Source: Stegostoma tigrinum | Taxonomy: Eukaryota | NCBI RefSeq assembly: GCF_030684315.1 | Contig: NC_081396.1 | Span: forward strand, 9,601,628-9,665,627 | DNA length: 64,000 bases | Direction: 5' to 3' | Shown here: one piece after another, positions 51,958-63,782 of the stretch | Numbering within the stretch: position 1 is the first letter of the stretch | Layout of the letters: each line of letters starts with the position of its first letter | The notes under the pieces: model-generated | Databases searched by the model: none | What the model was told of the DNA's origin: nothing | The model's input: the letters and a program-made list of their open reading frames with translations, nothing else | Program-made: the position numbers and the translations under genes

Positions 51958-53140
51958 ACATAGACGCATACAGCAGGGAAACAGGCTCTTCAGCCCAACT
52001 CATCCAAACCGGCCAGGTTTCCCGTAATAAACTGGTCCCATTTTCCCTCAAAAACTTCCTTATCCATGGAGCCGTCTTTTAAATGCTGTAATTGTTATCG
52101 CCTCTACCACTTCCTCCAACTGCTCATTCTAGTTAAGCACCACACTCTGTGAGAAAAAATGCCCCTCAGATCCCCATTAAATCTCACCTCTCTCAGCTTC
52201 AACATCAGCCCTCTTGTTTTGGACTCCCTGGCCCGAGGGAAAAGACATTGGCTATTCACCTTCTCTGTGCTCGTCATCATTTTATAAATCTCTTTACTGT
52301 CACCCATCAGCTGCAGAGAAAGAATTTCCAGCCCATCCAGCCTCTCCTTAAACCTTCCAGTCTTGGTAACAACATCATAAAGCCTTTTTGTACCCTTTCC
52401 TCTTTAATAACACCCTACCGATAGACGAGTGATCAGAATTGTGTGCAGTAACTCAAACGTGGCCTTATCTTGTAGAGCTGCAACATGATGTCCAAACTCC
52501 TCTACTCAATGCTCTGACCAATGCAGGCAAATGTGCCAAATGCCCTCTTAACCACTCTGTCTACCTGTGATGCCACTTTCAAGGAACTATTTACTTGCAC
52601 TGTTAGGTCTCTCTGGTTGACGACACTTTGCAGGGTCTGATCATTAAATGTAAGTACTACCCTGGTTTGCCTTACCAAAAATGCCACTTCCCATATCTAT
52701 CTGAATCAAACATCATCTGCCATTCTTTGGTCTCCTGGTCCAGCTGATCAAGATGCCTTTGTGATCTTAGGTAACCTTAATCACTGTCCACTGTACCATC
52801 AATTTTAGAGCCACCTCCAAACTTACAAACCATGCCTCCTTTATTCTCATCCACAATGTTTGCATAAATAATAATCAACAATGGAGACAGCACCAATCCT
52901 AGCAGCATATTACTGCTCACAGGTCTCCAGTCTGAAAGACAACCCTTCCACCACCCGCTTCCTCCTGCTGTCAAGCCAATTTTGTATCCAATTGTCGAGC
53001 TCGTTCTGGATCTCATGTGGTCTCACCTTACGAACCAGTCTGTCTTCGGAGATCTTATTGAAGACCTTGCTGAAGCCCATGTAGATCATGTCTATAGTGC
53101 TGCCTTCATCTCGCTTGGTTGGTCACCTCTTCAAAAAGCC
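51958..53140 (-). mobile_element. CR1 RT C-terminal fragment with 3' tail
   Basis: Minus ORFs SDWRPVSS..LG..LS PLL, QRDL.VQVNSSLKVASQVDRVVKRAFG, KTRG..LK. Confidence 0.85.
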
Positions 53141-53894
53141 CAAAGCCATCCTGACCATCCCTGATCAGGTCTTGTCTCTGAAGGACCAAAGGATCATTGT
53201 CTGCCATTTCCTCCATCGCCAGCAGCATGTTACCACTGAACAGATCTACACCAACATCAGCGGAGGCTTGGGCACCACTTTGCGGAATACCTATGCTTGG
53301 TTTGCATCAAACAACTGCACCTCCCAGTTACGAGCCATTTCAACTCCCCATCCCTAGAAATGAAGTCACGTAAATTTGTCCTCGATGTTGTGTCCAGTTG
53401 GATCACTGCTTAGCACTCTAGTTTATCATCCACTGTGAATTTCAAGATGAAAACTCGATAATGTAGTCATAAATTGTGTTGATATCATTTGGAGAAGCTG
53501 TTTTGTCCTCCACGTGAGCAGTCAAAATACAGTTGTCTCCAAACTGATTCAGAGAGCTGCTACTTTCTGCAGTGTCATTCTCACTTCTTGATGCTAAAAT
53601 GTCCTCAAGAGCAAGTCGCCCGTTCAGAAAGTTCCAGCACTCAAAATGCTTAAAAAATCGTTTTCCTCAAGACCTCAACAAGTGAAAATACTGTCCCTGC
53701 ATCTACATTGTCAAACTTTTATTCAGGTGAAAGAAAGATTTCTCTTATCATACTTCTCATAGATCACAACTTGAAAGAAAGAAAGCCTTGATTCACAAAT
53801 TTCAGTTCATATGATCCTCCTGCTATCACTCTCACTGTGGATATGATGTCATTTTTGTGGTAAGGAAAGCAATACTGTACAATACTGTACAAAC

Positions 53895-55222
53895 TGGTCT
53901 ATCTCTGGCTCCTCCCTTCCTTTCCTCAACATTTCTGATTCCATTTCTGGGAATAGACTGGCCACTAATATCCATTACAAACCCACCGACTCCCACAGCT
54001 ACCTGGGCCATACATCCTCACAGCCCACTTCCTGTAAAAACTCCATCTCAGTTTCTCAGTTCCTCTGTCCCCATTGGCATATATTCAGATGAGGCCAACT
54101 TCAACAACGGAGCCACCGAAATGTCCACATTCTTCCTCAACCGAGGATTCCTCAGCTCCGTTTTCGACAGAGCTCTCAATCGGGTCTGACCCATGTCCCG
54201 CACTTCCTGCCACACCCCTGCTCTTCCCTCCCTCAACAGCGATAGGGCTCCCTTCATTCTCACCTACCATCCCACCAGCATTCACATCCAGAAGATCATC
54301 ACACGCAATTTCTGCCACCTCCAGTGAGATGCCACCACCACACGCATATTCCCCTCCCCTCCCTTGTCTGCCTTCCGCAGGGACCATTCCCCTCCAGGAC
54401 AGCCTGATCCACACTTCCTTCACCTCCAACACCTCGCCACGGCCCTCCAGTACATTTCCCTATAACCAGCGAAGGTATAACACCTGCCCATTTACCTCCT
54501 CCATCCCCAGTACCCAAGGGCCCTAACATATCTTCCAGTTAAAGCAACATTTCACCTGCACTTCCAAGAATCCCGTCGACTGCATTCGCTGCTCACAAGC
54601 TGGTCTCCTCTATCTTGAGGAAACAAAGCGGAGACTTGGCAACCGCTTCGCAGAACATTTACATTCTGCTCGCAAAAAAGACGCTGAACTACCTCTTGCC
54701 TGCCACTTCGATGCACCACCCTGCTCTCAGGCCAACATCTCTGTCTCTGGCTTGCTACAGTGTTCCAGTGAAGCCCAACACAAGCTGGAGGAACAACACC
54801 TTATCTTCTGCTCGGGGACCCTGCAGCCCTCTGGACTCAATATTGATTTCAATAATTTTAGGGCCTAAACTCTCGCATGTCCCAGCCCCTCACCCAACAC
54901 CAGGCCTTGTTACCACATAGCCTGCCATTACACACACCCTGTTGTAGTCACTAACAGTGCCCATTAACAATTATTCATCCTCCCAACCTGATCGTTCGCA
55001 ACTCCTTTGTCTGTCCAACTGCCTTTCTCTCTCTTTGAGCTCTATCTTTTTGTTTACTCCCAATTCAAATCAACACCCTATTTTCTGCATGTAAACTGAC
55101 GTTTTCCGAGCCATCCTCACTTCTGAGGAAGCGTCACCATACTGGAAACATTAACTCTGTTTTCTCCTCCACAGATGCTGCCAGACCTGCTGTGTTTTTC
55201 CAGCTACATTGTATTTGATACT
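53895..55222 (+). mobile_element. Second Penelope-like element (RT C-terminus + GIY-YIG), different subfamily
   Basis: SSLPFLN...NIHYKPTDSHSYL, then CIRCSQAGLLYLEETKRRLGNRFAEH; terminal ctgaggaagcgtcac...gaaacattaac repeat. Confidence 0.82.
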
Positions 55223-55253
55223 GGACCAGCTACTCTGGGTGTGTCCTACAAAT

Positions 55254-55570
55254 GGGGCAGCATGGTGGCTCAGTGGTTAGCACTGCAGCCTCATAGCACC
55301 AGGGACCTGGGTTCAATTACAGCCTCAGGCTGTGTGGAGTATGCACAATCTCCCCATGTCTATGTGGGTTTTCTCCACGTGGTCCAGTTTCCTCCCACAG
55401 TCCAAAGGTGTGCAGCCTAGGTGGATATGCCATGCTAAATTACCCATAGTGTTCAGGGATGTGTAGATTAGGTGGGTTAGAGGGGGATGGGTCTGGGTGG
55501 GCTGCTCTGAGGGTTGATGTGGACTTGTTGAGCTGAAGGGCCTGTTCACTCACTGTGGGGATTCTGTGAT
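55254..55570 (+). mobile_element. HE1-type SINE
   Basis: ggcagcatggtggctcagtggttagcact...gggttcaatt. Confidence 0.82.
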
Positions 55571-55748
55571 CTGTCTTAAATGGGAAGAGTTTCTGATTAG
55601 TGTTTCATGGTAGTTTATACTTTCTTAAATTGTCATGTGAAATAAGGTTTTAAAGGGAGTATAGCGTGAAAGCAGTTTATGTGTAACATGAGATGGAACA
55701 GAATATGCTGCAGTGTACATTACTTTTTATGTTAATTAATACTACTTT

Positions 55749-56370
55749 TCACTTCTCAAATATTTTAATACAGTTTGTGGGATATTTCATTGCAATATTA
55801 ATCCAGTTCTGAATTCAACATGGGGGCCAGTATAATTTTTTTTTAAAAGTGAAGAAGGAGCTTAAAAACTGAACCATAAATCCAATTTCTTGGACGACAA
55901 ATGTAGAATAGCTGACTTTGTAACCTCGAGTATAGGTAACGTTTGTGAGTTGGGCACATTAGATCCAAAATAAATTGCAAATATAATAGGATGATATTAT
56001 CTGAGATGGTGAAGAGTAAATCAATCGACATTTTCTGCTTCACCATCTCTGGGTCATCTATATTCTTTCCGTTGCTCCAAGACCAGACATTCCTGTAAGA
56101 TCTATCGATCGTTAGCATATGTTTGGCAATGAGCAGTAAAATCAGAATAAATGGAAGTAGAGGTGGTAAAATGAATGCAACTCAGTATGGCTCATGTAGG
56201 TGATGTATAAACAATTAGATTTATGCTGCAGAACCAGGGTATGTTGTTAATTACGGACGTCGCGTCCTATTGAGAAAAATACAACAAGGCATTTTTTTTC
56301 CTGCACAGGCCAAAGTGAAGACGATTTCTAAAATAAACTGATCCATCTTCGCAGTGCAATTTCTGATGGC
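55749..56370 (-). pseudogene. Inverted, 5'-truncated GPR139-like pseudogene fragment (TM4 to C-terminus)
   Basis: Minus-strand translation has DPEMVKQKMSIDLLFTISDNIILLYL (cf. DPEVEKRRKSIVLLFAVSCNFILLYL) and PWFC; the 3' end gaaatatccc...tgaaaagtag parallels copy 1; several frameshifts. Confidence 0.8.
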
Positions 56371-56859
56371 CCAAACATCAGCTTTCCTGCTCCTCTGATG
56401 CTGCTTGGCCTGCTGTGATCATCCAGCTCTACACCTCGTTATCCCACTTTTGTGTCAAGTGCTTTCACTCTCCTCTCGAATTCAGCTCTTTTGTCCATGT
56501 TTGAACCAAGGCTGCAATGAGATCAGGAGCCGAGCAGCCCTGACAGGGCGTCATTGAGCAGGTTGTTGCTGAGCAGGTACTGCTTGGATAGCACTGTTGA
56601 TGAGATATTCCATTGCAGACGATCAACTGTAGACAGATTGGCCGGTAATTGGTCAGATTGGATTTGTCCTGCTTGTTGTGTACTGGACATACCTGAGCAA
56701 TTTTCCAAATTGTCGGTGAGATGCCACTGTTGCATCCTTACCTAACAGCTTGGCTTGAGGCGCGGCAGATTCTGGAGCACAAGACCTTCATTACAATTAG
56801 TGGAATATTGTCAGGGTCCATAGCTTTTGCCTCCAACTGTAACCTTCAAGCACTTTGCG

Positions 56860-57430
56860 CAACCTGAAGTTGAAGAAGGTGTTTCATCAAGGTTGTTTCT
56901 TTGCACAACTGACTTTTGATGTTGCGCACTAGCGCCTTGTTGAAATCAAGTTGACATGAATTGTTGAGAAACAAATCACGTTAAAATTCTGTTGATGGAC
57001 AGATTCACAGGTGCATCAGCGTTGTAGTATTCAAGCCAGCCTGTATCTGCATTCAACGTGAACAGCTGTTTAGTGACTCCAATACACTAGCAGTCGCTAG
57101 TGGTATTATCGCTGGACTATTAATTCAGAGACGTGGGTTCGGACAGTGGAACTTGATTATTTTTAAAAGAAAGGCTAAAATTAAGAGTCTGATGATGACT
57201 GTAACTCCATTGTCAATTGTTGGGGGAAAAAAATCATGTGGCTCACTACTGTCCTTCAGGAACGGAATCTGCCATCCTTCCTCGATCTAGCCCACATCAC
57301 TCAATGACATCTGGAAATCCGTCGATCTCGCCAGCAAAAATACACAAAAATTGTGCTTCCATAGCTGGAGTAGATTCCATATGCAGTGCCAATGCCTTAA
57401 CATGAGATCTTTGGCGATATTAGGCTGCTG
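56860..57430 (-). pseudogene. Degenerate cadherin-repeat remnant interrupted by a SINE
   Basis: Across frameshifts: ESTPA..GSTIFV..AGEIDGFPDVIE / IGVTKQLFTLNADTGWL / SATSKV..NNLDETP, in cadherin motif order. Confidence 0.4.
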
Positions 57431-57839
57431 TCTGCCTGAACGAGATACAAATCAGAAGAGACTACTCATAACACTGTGTGATGAATTTTCGAGCAATAAG
57501 CAGGAAAAAGTATAATTTGCAAAAACGGCTCATGTTTGAATGCTCACATGGACTTGTCACAAAATATTTATGAAATTGCAGACTGAAATTGACAAGAAAA
57601 CGAAGAAATTTAAAAGATTTTCCACAAGCATCAGTCCAGAACTGCGTTCCAACATAAATGGTTGAAGAATAAAAAAAATTCAATATATTTGCATCTATCC
57701 AAAAAAATGTAGTTATTGACTGAATAATCATTGTTCTTTGTCTGCTTCTAGAAACTTAAGGATTGCAATTTAGAAATTTGAAAAGGATACTGAAGAAAAC
57801 ATTTCACAAATTTTTAGCAGAAATGATTATGGTATTTGA

Positions 57840-58210
57840 TACTATGGTACAAAAACAAGGCAAATGTTATGTTGGCCTTCATAATAGATGGATAGCATAA
57901 GAGCACAGGGATGTCTTTCTGGCTTTGTACAGAGTCTTGGTGAGACCACAAGTGTATTTTGGCTATGCAGGGAGTGCAACGAATGTTTACCAGGCTGATT
58001 TTGGCAGGACTGACCTGCAAAGAGGAAGTGGATCAGTTAGAACTATACTTAATGGAGCTGAGAAGAATGAGGGGGAATCACTTAGAAGCTTAGAGCATTC
58101 TCACAGGAGTGGGCAGGGTTAACACAGAAATGGTATTCTGCATGACCAGGGAGTGCAGAACCAGGGTATACTCCAAGAGCTGAATGATCTATTCCTGCTC
58201 CTATTTTCTC
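57840..58210 (+). mobile_element. Decayed CR1 3' fragment
   Basis: YRVLVRPQ motif and attcctgctcctatt tail. Confidence 0.6.
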
Positions 58211-58481
58211 TGGTTCTGTGGTGAGTGACCACTGGATGAGGAGGCCACATCGCGCCTGCTCTGTGGTTACATGTACTGAGGCAGAATTTGGCTGCATTTT
58301 CCATGAAGGGATAATTTTCTAATCGCGGCCAGCAGTGAAAATAAATGCTTTGGTCTTATCTCTATCTCCAGGCAGTCACCGTTTCTATAATGAAATGCTA
58401 GTGGGACGGCTGTGGTTTCAGTGTACTTCACTATTAGACGTATGGCAAAGGGAAATATTTCATCCATCAAAACATAAACAT

Positions 58482-58579
58482 CAGCTGGCAACAGATGCGC
58501 ACTGCTGTTTGTTACAAGCACTTCAGGAAAATTTAACGAATGAATGAACTCCCCCGGAGCATGGAGGGTGGTATAAATA
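58482..58579 (+). promoter_or_regulatory. Putative core promoter of GPCR copy 3
   Basis: CAGCTG 58482, CAGATG 58492, GAATGA 58542, TCCCCCGGAG 58550, TATAAATA 58572, 59 nt before the ATG. Confidence 0.55.
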
Positions 58580-58630
58580 TCACCAATGTTACACTGAAAT
58601 TCTGAACGGAGATCAGACTGTCTGATAGAA

Positions 58631-58700
58631 ATGCATGAAGCACTAGAAGGTTTGCTGTTTGCCATTTACTACCCCATCATTGCAGCTATCGGAGTTCCTG
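58631..58700 (+). CDS. GPR139-like: GPR139-like GPCR copy 3, coding exon 1 (MHEALEGLLFAIYYPIIAAIGVP, phase-1 donor)
   Basis: 70-nt exon with consensus donor G|GTAAGT, homologous to the other two first exons. Confidence 0.88.
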
Positions 58701-59425
58701 GTAAGTTACTGTGCCTTGTTAGTGACAGCTCGAATGATGGGTAAACAACAGCCAATGAGACATTTCATTAGAACCGCTTCTCCACGTTTCAGGTACCCTG
58801 TCTCCAATTCAACATCTTCTCATTACCCCCCTTGCCAACATACTGGATTTTGTTTAGGTGCGATTTTTTTTACCATCAAATTCTCATGACTTCGGAACTT
58901 CAACCTCATAATCTCTCCCACTTCTCGCATTTTGACAAAATTTGGAGGGATTAATCTGTAATTTCTCCCAAGTTATCATGTCTACTTCAGAATCTAAATC
59001 TCAAGGTTTCATCATATTGCACCTGTAATTTGACAATTAGCAGTATTCTGTCTCCCGAGACGTGAACAATTTCATTGTTCCAATTCTATGATTCTACAGT
59101 TTAGACCTCAGCAGATAAATGTAGTAGAGATGCACCAAAGGCCCGCTTCCTGTGGTGAATCGGCACAATGTTACCATGGCGTCAAATCAGTTCTGTTCTG
59201 GCATTGACTATGTTCTTATGGGTAAATGAATGAAAACTTTACTGTTGTGCAAAATGGTTCTGAGTGGACACTGAAATTTGAGTACTCTCATCACGTTGCG
59301 AATTACGCCCTCTTCCATGGGTCGCTTCAACTGTGAATAAGTTGTCCTATTCTTCACAGAGTGCAATTGTAGATTTGTTGCTGCTCTGCCAACTGCAGGA
59401 GAAGAAGGACCATGAATTAAATTGA

Positions 59426-59587
59426 TAAACTGCTGATGCTGAAGTGAGAGGTAACACAGTGTGGAGCTGGAGGAACACAGCAGGCCAGGCAGCATCAGAA
59501 GAGCAGGAATCCCAGCCCAAACCATCAGCTTTCTTGCTCCTCTGATGCTGCCTGGCCTGCTGGGTTCCACCAGCTCCACACTGTGTT
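59426..59587. mobile_element. Short fold-back Penelope-derived repeat in GPCR copy 3 intron, 14-bp TSD
   Basis: atgaattaaattga at 59412-59425 and 59588-59601. Confidence 0.85.
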
Positions 59588-59739
59588 ATGAATTAAATTG
59601 AGATATGTTGACCATAGAATAATGTCTGACTGAATTTAAGTTAAGAAGATGTTAGAAGGGACAGTATATGACACCGAGATAATGACCAAATCTATATTTT
59701 TCAATCAGCCTGTTTGTCCGCACTTGATTGCATTTCAGT

Positions 59740-60040
59740 ACAGTGGTTCAGTGGTTAGCATTGCTGCCTCACAGTGCCAGGGACCCAGGTTCAATTCCAA
59801 CCTCAGTTGTCTGTCTGCGTGCAGTTTGTACGTTCTCCATCTGTCTGCGTGTGTTTGCTCTGGTTTCCTCCCACAGCCCAAAGATGTACAGGTTAGGTGT
59901 CCATAAAATTTTCCATATTGATCAGGGTGGTGCATAATAGATGGGTTATAGGGGGATTTGTCTTGCGGAATGTTCTAGGGGTCGTGTGGACTTGCTGACC
60001 CAAGGAGCCTGTTTCCACACTGCAGGCATTCTTTGATTTC
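59740..60040 (+). mobile_element. HE1-type SINE in GPCR copy 3 intron
   Basis: cagtggttcagtggttagcattgctgcctcacagtgccagggacccaggttcaattcc. Confidence 0.8.
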
Positions 60041-60125
60041 TGTGCCCACCTTATCTTGAGACGGAACTTGAATCCAACTTTTCCCACCCAAGATAACGAA
60101 ATAACCACTGCAAGAAAGACCTCAA

Positions 60126-60320
60126 TTGCCAGACGCTCAAAACAACATAATGCAACAAGAGGATGGCAATGCTTTCCATAGGAATCGTGATGAAATTAAG
60201 CAGCATTTTTAAAAAATGTGTATTTTACAATATGAACCGAGGTTCGTGGTAAAACATATACCCGGGTTCTGTAACTTAAAAGATATATTTTTCACGTCAT
60301 TTGCACGGGTTGCATATGAT
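60126..60320 (+). pseudogene. Degenerate partial duplicate of copy 3 exon 2 inside its own intron
   Basis: Aligns by eye to 62469-62663 (tatgaaccgagg-t-cgtggtaaaa...ggttctgtaac-taaaagatatatttttcacgtca). Confidence 0.85.
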
Positions 60321-60504
60321 TCCAACATAAGCATTGTCATCGTTATGTTTTGATACATCACTGGTTATGTGTCAGGGTTTCTGTTCCCAGTATCTATGAC
60401 TCAAGTCTTCAGTGTGGTTCTCCACAATTCCATTCGCTGTTGCTAATGGTTCTTTAATGACTGATTTCTGTTCTTTTTCTTCCTCTCGCCACCCAGAAAT
60501 GCTT

Positions 60505-61410
60505 AGCCACCATCAATACGAAGGTGGGTCATGTTCTGGACAGTGCGGAGGGCTGTTCTAGGTACCAAAGGGACATTGATAGGATGCAGAGCTGGGCTGA
60601 GAAGTGGCAGATGGAGTTTAACCCTGAAAAGTGTGAGGCAATTCATTTTGGAAGGAAAAACTTGAAAACAGAATACAGGGTTAATGGAAAGATTCCTGGC
60701 AGTGTGGATGAGCAGATAGATCTTGGGGTTCATGTTCACAGTTCCCTGAGTGCTGCCACACAGGTGGACAGAATTGTCAAGAAGGCGTATGGTATGTTAG
60801 CTTTCATTGACAGAGGGATTGAGTTCAATTGCCCAAAAGTTGTGCTCCAGATCTACAAAAGTCTGGTTTGGCCACATCTGGAGTATTGCGTCCAGTTCTG
60901 GTCACCTCATTACAGGAAAGATGTGGAAGCATTGGAAAAGGTGCAGAGGAGATTTACCAGGATGTTGACTGGAATGGAGGGAAGGTCGTGCGAGGAAAGG
61001 TTGAGACAGCTGGGGCTTTTCTCTTTAGAACAATGAAGGATGAGAGGCGACTTGGTAGACGTGTACAAAATGATCAGAGGTATAGATAGAGTAGGCAGCC
61101 ACAGACTTTTTCCTTGGGTAGAGGTAGCTCGTACGAGGGGGCATAGTTTCAAAGTGAGTGGAGGTAGAAAAAGGGGAGATGTCAGAGGTCGGTTCTTTGC
61201 TCAGAGAGTAGTAGGGGCGTGGAACGCATTGCTGCAGAGGGTAGTGGAGTCGATCTCATTAGGGGCATTTAACTGGCTATTAGATAGCCATATGCATTAT
61301 AGCAGAAGGTAGAGGTGGAGGCGAGATAGACATTAATTTTAGGGTAAAATTTCGGCACAACAACTTCGGCCGAAGGGCCTGTACTGTGCAGTACTGTTCC
61401 ATGTTCTAAA
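60505..61410 (+). mobile_element. 5'-truncated CR1 LINE in intron of GPCR copy 3
   Basis: WAEKWQMEFNPEKC...DLGV...LEYCVQFWSP...RGDL...TRGH; tail gaagggcctgtactgtg-gtactgttc-atgttcta. Confidence 0.92.
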
Positions 61411-62199
61411 TTTCATCTTTGTCACATTCTCCACATTGAGTTAAATCCTACAAATCGTAGCATTGCCCATAGCTTCTGTCCACAGATTGTTGCTTCCAAT
61501 ATCCACTCAACATTGAAGTTAATTGCTAATCCAGACAGTGCAGCACCTCTCATTTGACTTCATTGTAAAAGCGCTTTTCGCTGTCAGCACCTCGCCATCT
61601 GCTGTTGTAGTCTGTCCACTCGACACCTACCAATCCCAATTTATTGTTCGGTGCTGTGGCTCAAATTTACATCTGAGCTCTACCTAACATGTCCTTATCC
61701 AATTCGAAGATAAAAAGACATTGTCATTTTGCATTCATCTTGATCTGAATATTTTTCTGAGCATCTTCACAGCTGACATTTCCAACAATGAATCATTTTA
61801 CAATAGTTTGGTGAATGCAATCACTTTGGAGGTGCAGCCTGACATATTCAATTTGCATGTTGATTTACTTGCTTATTGTCGGTTATCCTGTGTTTAGTTA
61901 TTCGATACCTTTATTTTTGCAACGTTCTGCAATGGTCCCAAGTCAGCTTTGTCTTCTTCACTGTTAGAAGTCATTAATTTTGCATTATAATGGCATTTAG
62001 TTGGTGTACTTTCTCACCTGGAAGCCACTTTCTCATCTGGATCAGTAACTTTAGATAGCCTATGCATAATTTACACTTGAGTTTTACGACATGAAACCTT
62101 CAAATTCACAAAGATTCCATTAAATAAAAGTGACTTCTTTTGGGAGTAAAATCTGTAATATTCATCTGCTCTCTCTCTCTCTCTTTCTGTCTATTACAG

Positions 62200-63125
62200 C
62201 TAACCTAGCCGTTATTGTGATCCTGTCTCGGAAAAGGTGCGGTATTTCAGAATGTATCTCTTATTACTTGGTGTCAATGGCGGTGTCAGATCTGCTGGTC
62301 ATAGTGACAGCTGTCATATTAAACCGCATTGCTGGGATTTACTTCCCGTCTAGTTTTCTCTCCCTCACACCAGTGTGCAGTGTGCGTTCTGCGTTAAATT
62401 ATGGATTTATTGATAGCTCTGCCTGGATAACAGTCGCTTTCACTGTTGATCGATTTGTAGCCATTTCTTGCCAGACCCTCAAAGTACCATATTGCACCAA
62501 GAGGACGGCAATGCGTTCTGTAGGAATCGTGATCACATTAAGCTGTGTAAAAAATATATTTGTGTATTTTACATATGAACCGAGGTACGTGGTAAAAAAA
62601 ATACCCTGGTTCTGTAACCTAAAAGATATATTTTTCACGTCAGTTGCATGGGTTGCTTATGACTGGGTTCGTTCAATTTTAACCACTTGTCTCCCATTCA
62701 TTCTGATTTTACTGCTCAATGCTCTGACCGTCAGGTACATTCTAGAGGCTAATAGAGCCCGCAGGAGACTCCGGACCCAGAACAATGGAAAGTATCAGAG
62801 TGATACAGAAATGGAGAAGCGGAGAAAGTCAATCATTTTGCTATCTGCAATTTCAGGCAGTTTCATTCTGTTCAATGCACTATACTTTATCACTATCCTG
62901 TACGTCCGCATCGGGAATCTTACTTATGCCTCGGATTCCGACTTTAACAATCTCTCTTTTGTTCTCAATGAAAATGCATTTACGCTTCAGTTTTTGAGTT
63001 CCTGCGTCAACACATTTATTTATGCTGGAACTTTGAGTAAGTTCAGAGCCGAGTTAAAGAACGGGGTAGAGTATCCATGGAGACTGTTCGTCAAAGGAAA
63101 TTCGGTTTTTGAAAGCAGGAAGTAG
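62200..63125 (+). CDS. GPR139-like: GPR139-like GPCR copy 3, coding exon 2 (spliced protein 331 aa, intact)
   Basis: Open frame ANLAVIVILS...YLVSMAVSDLL...TVDRFVAISC...PWFC...LPF...SSCVNTFIY; acceptor ctattacag|CTAAC at 62199/62200. Confidence 0.92.
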
Positions 63126-63580
63126 AGAGATAACATAACGCTATTTTCAATACACTAGTAATCCAGCAATTCAAGACGAATATTAGGAAACAGGCCCTTT
63201 GTCCCAACAAGTCCACACCGACCCTCAGAGCATCTCACGCAGAACTATTCTTCTATAACCCACCTAATCTACACATCTGAACACCATGAGCAACTCAGCA
63301 TGGGCGATCCACCTGGCCAGTTCATCAGTTGAAACCTGGCTATTCTGTCAAACTGGTCTTCACTGTATTATATAAATGCGACAAATTAATTGTCAGTTCT
63401 ACAACCCCCTCATTACGAGGGAGCCGCAGTCGCCAATTTGACACTATTACCTGAGCTGTCTGGGTTCTTGTAGCGTTGATTTCATGTACCACCTACTCCA
63501 GAGGTCATCGGCTTAGGCATAGATCCCCACCTACTCCAGATGCGTACAGAAAGATTTATAAACAGGTTGATTGGAAAATA

Positions 63581-63782
63581 AGAGATAACAAGGTGTAGAG
63601 CTGGATGAACAAAGCAGGCCAAGCAGCATCGTAGGAGCAGGAAGGCTGACGTTTCGTGCCAAGACCCTTCATCGGAAAATCTGATTTTCTGAAAAAGGGT
63701 CTAGGCCCGAAACGTCAGCTTTCCTGCTTCTCTGATGCTGCTCGGCCTGCTGTGTTCATCCAGCTCTGCACTTTGCTATCTG
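63581..63782. repeat. Fold-back Penelope-derived repeat
   Basis: Inverted pair of the gctggatgaac-cagcaggccaagcagcatc unit; further single copies at ~500-775, 5630-5860, 21415-21520, 32100-32235, 35280-35410, 38000-38095, 47640-47770 and 56370-56445. Confidence 0.8.

Noticed and set aside
500-63780. Recurrent ~40-120 nt repeats as a CRISPR-like array
   Set aside because: Dispersed, irregular, in both orientations and with TSDs: retroelement termini in a eukaryote
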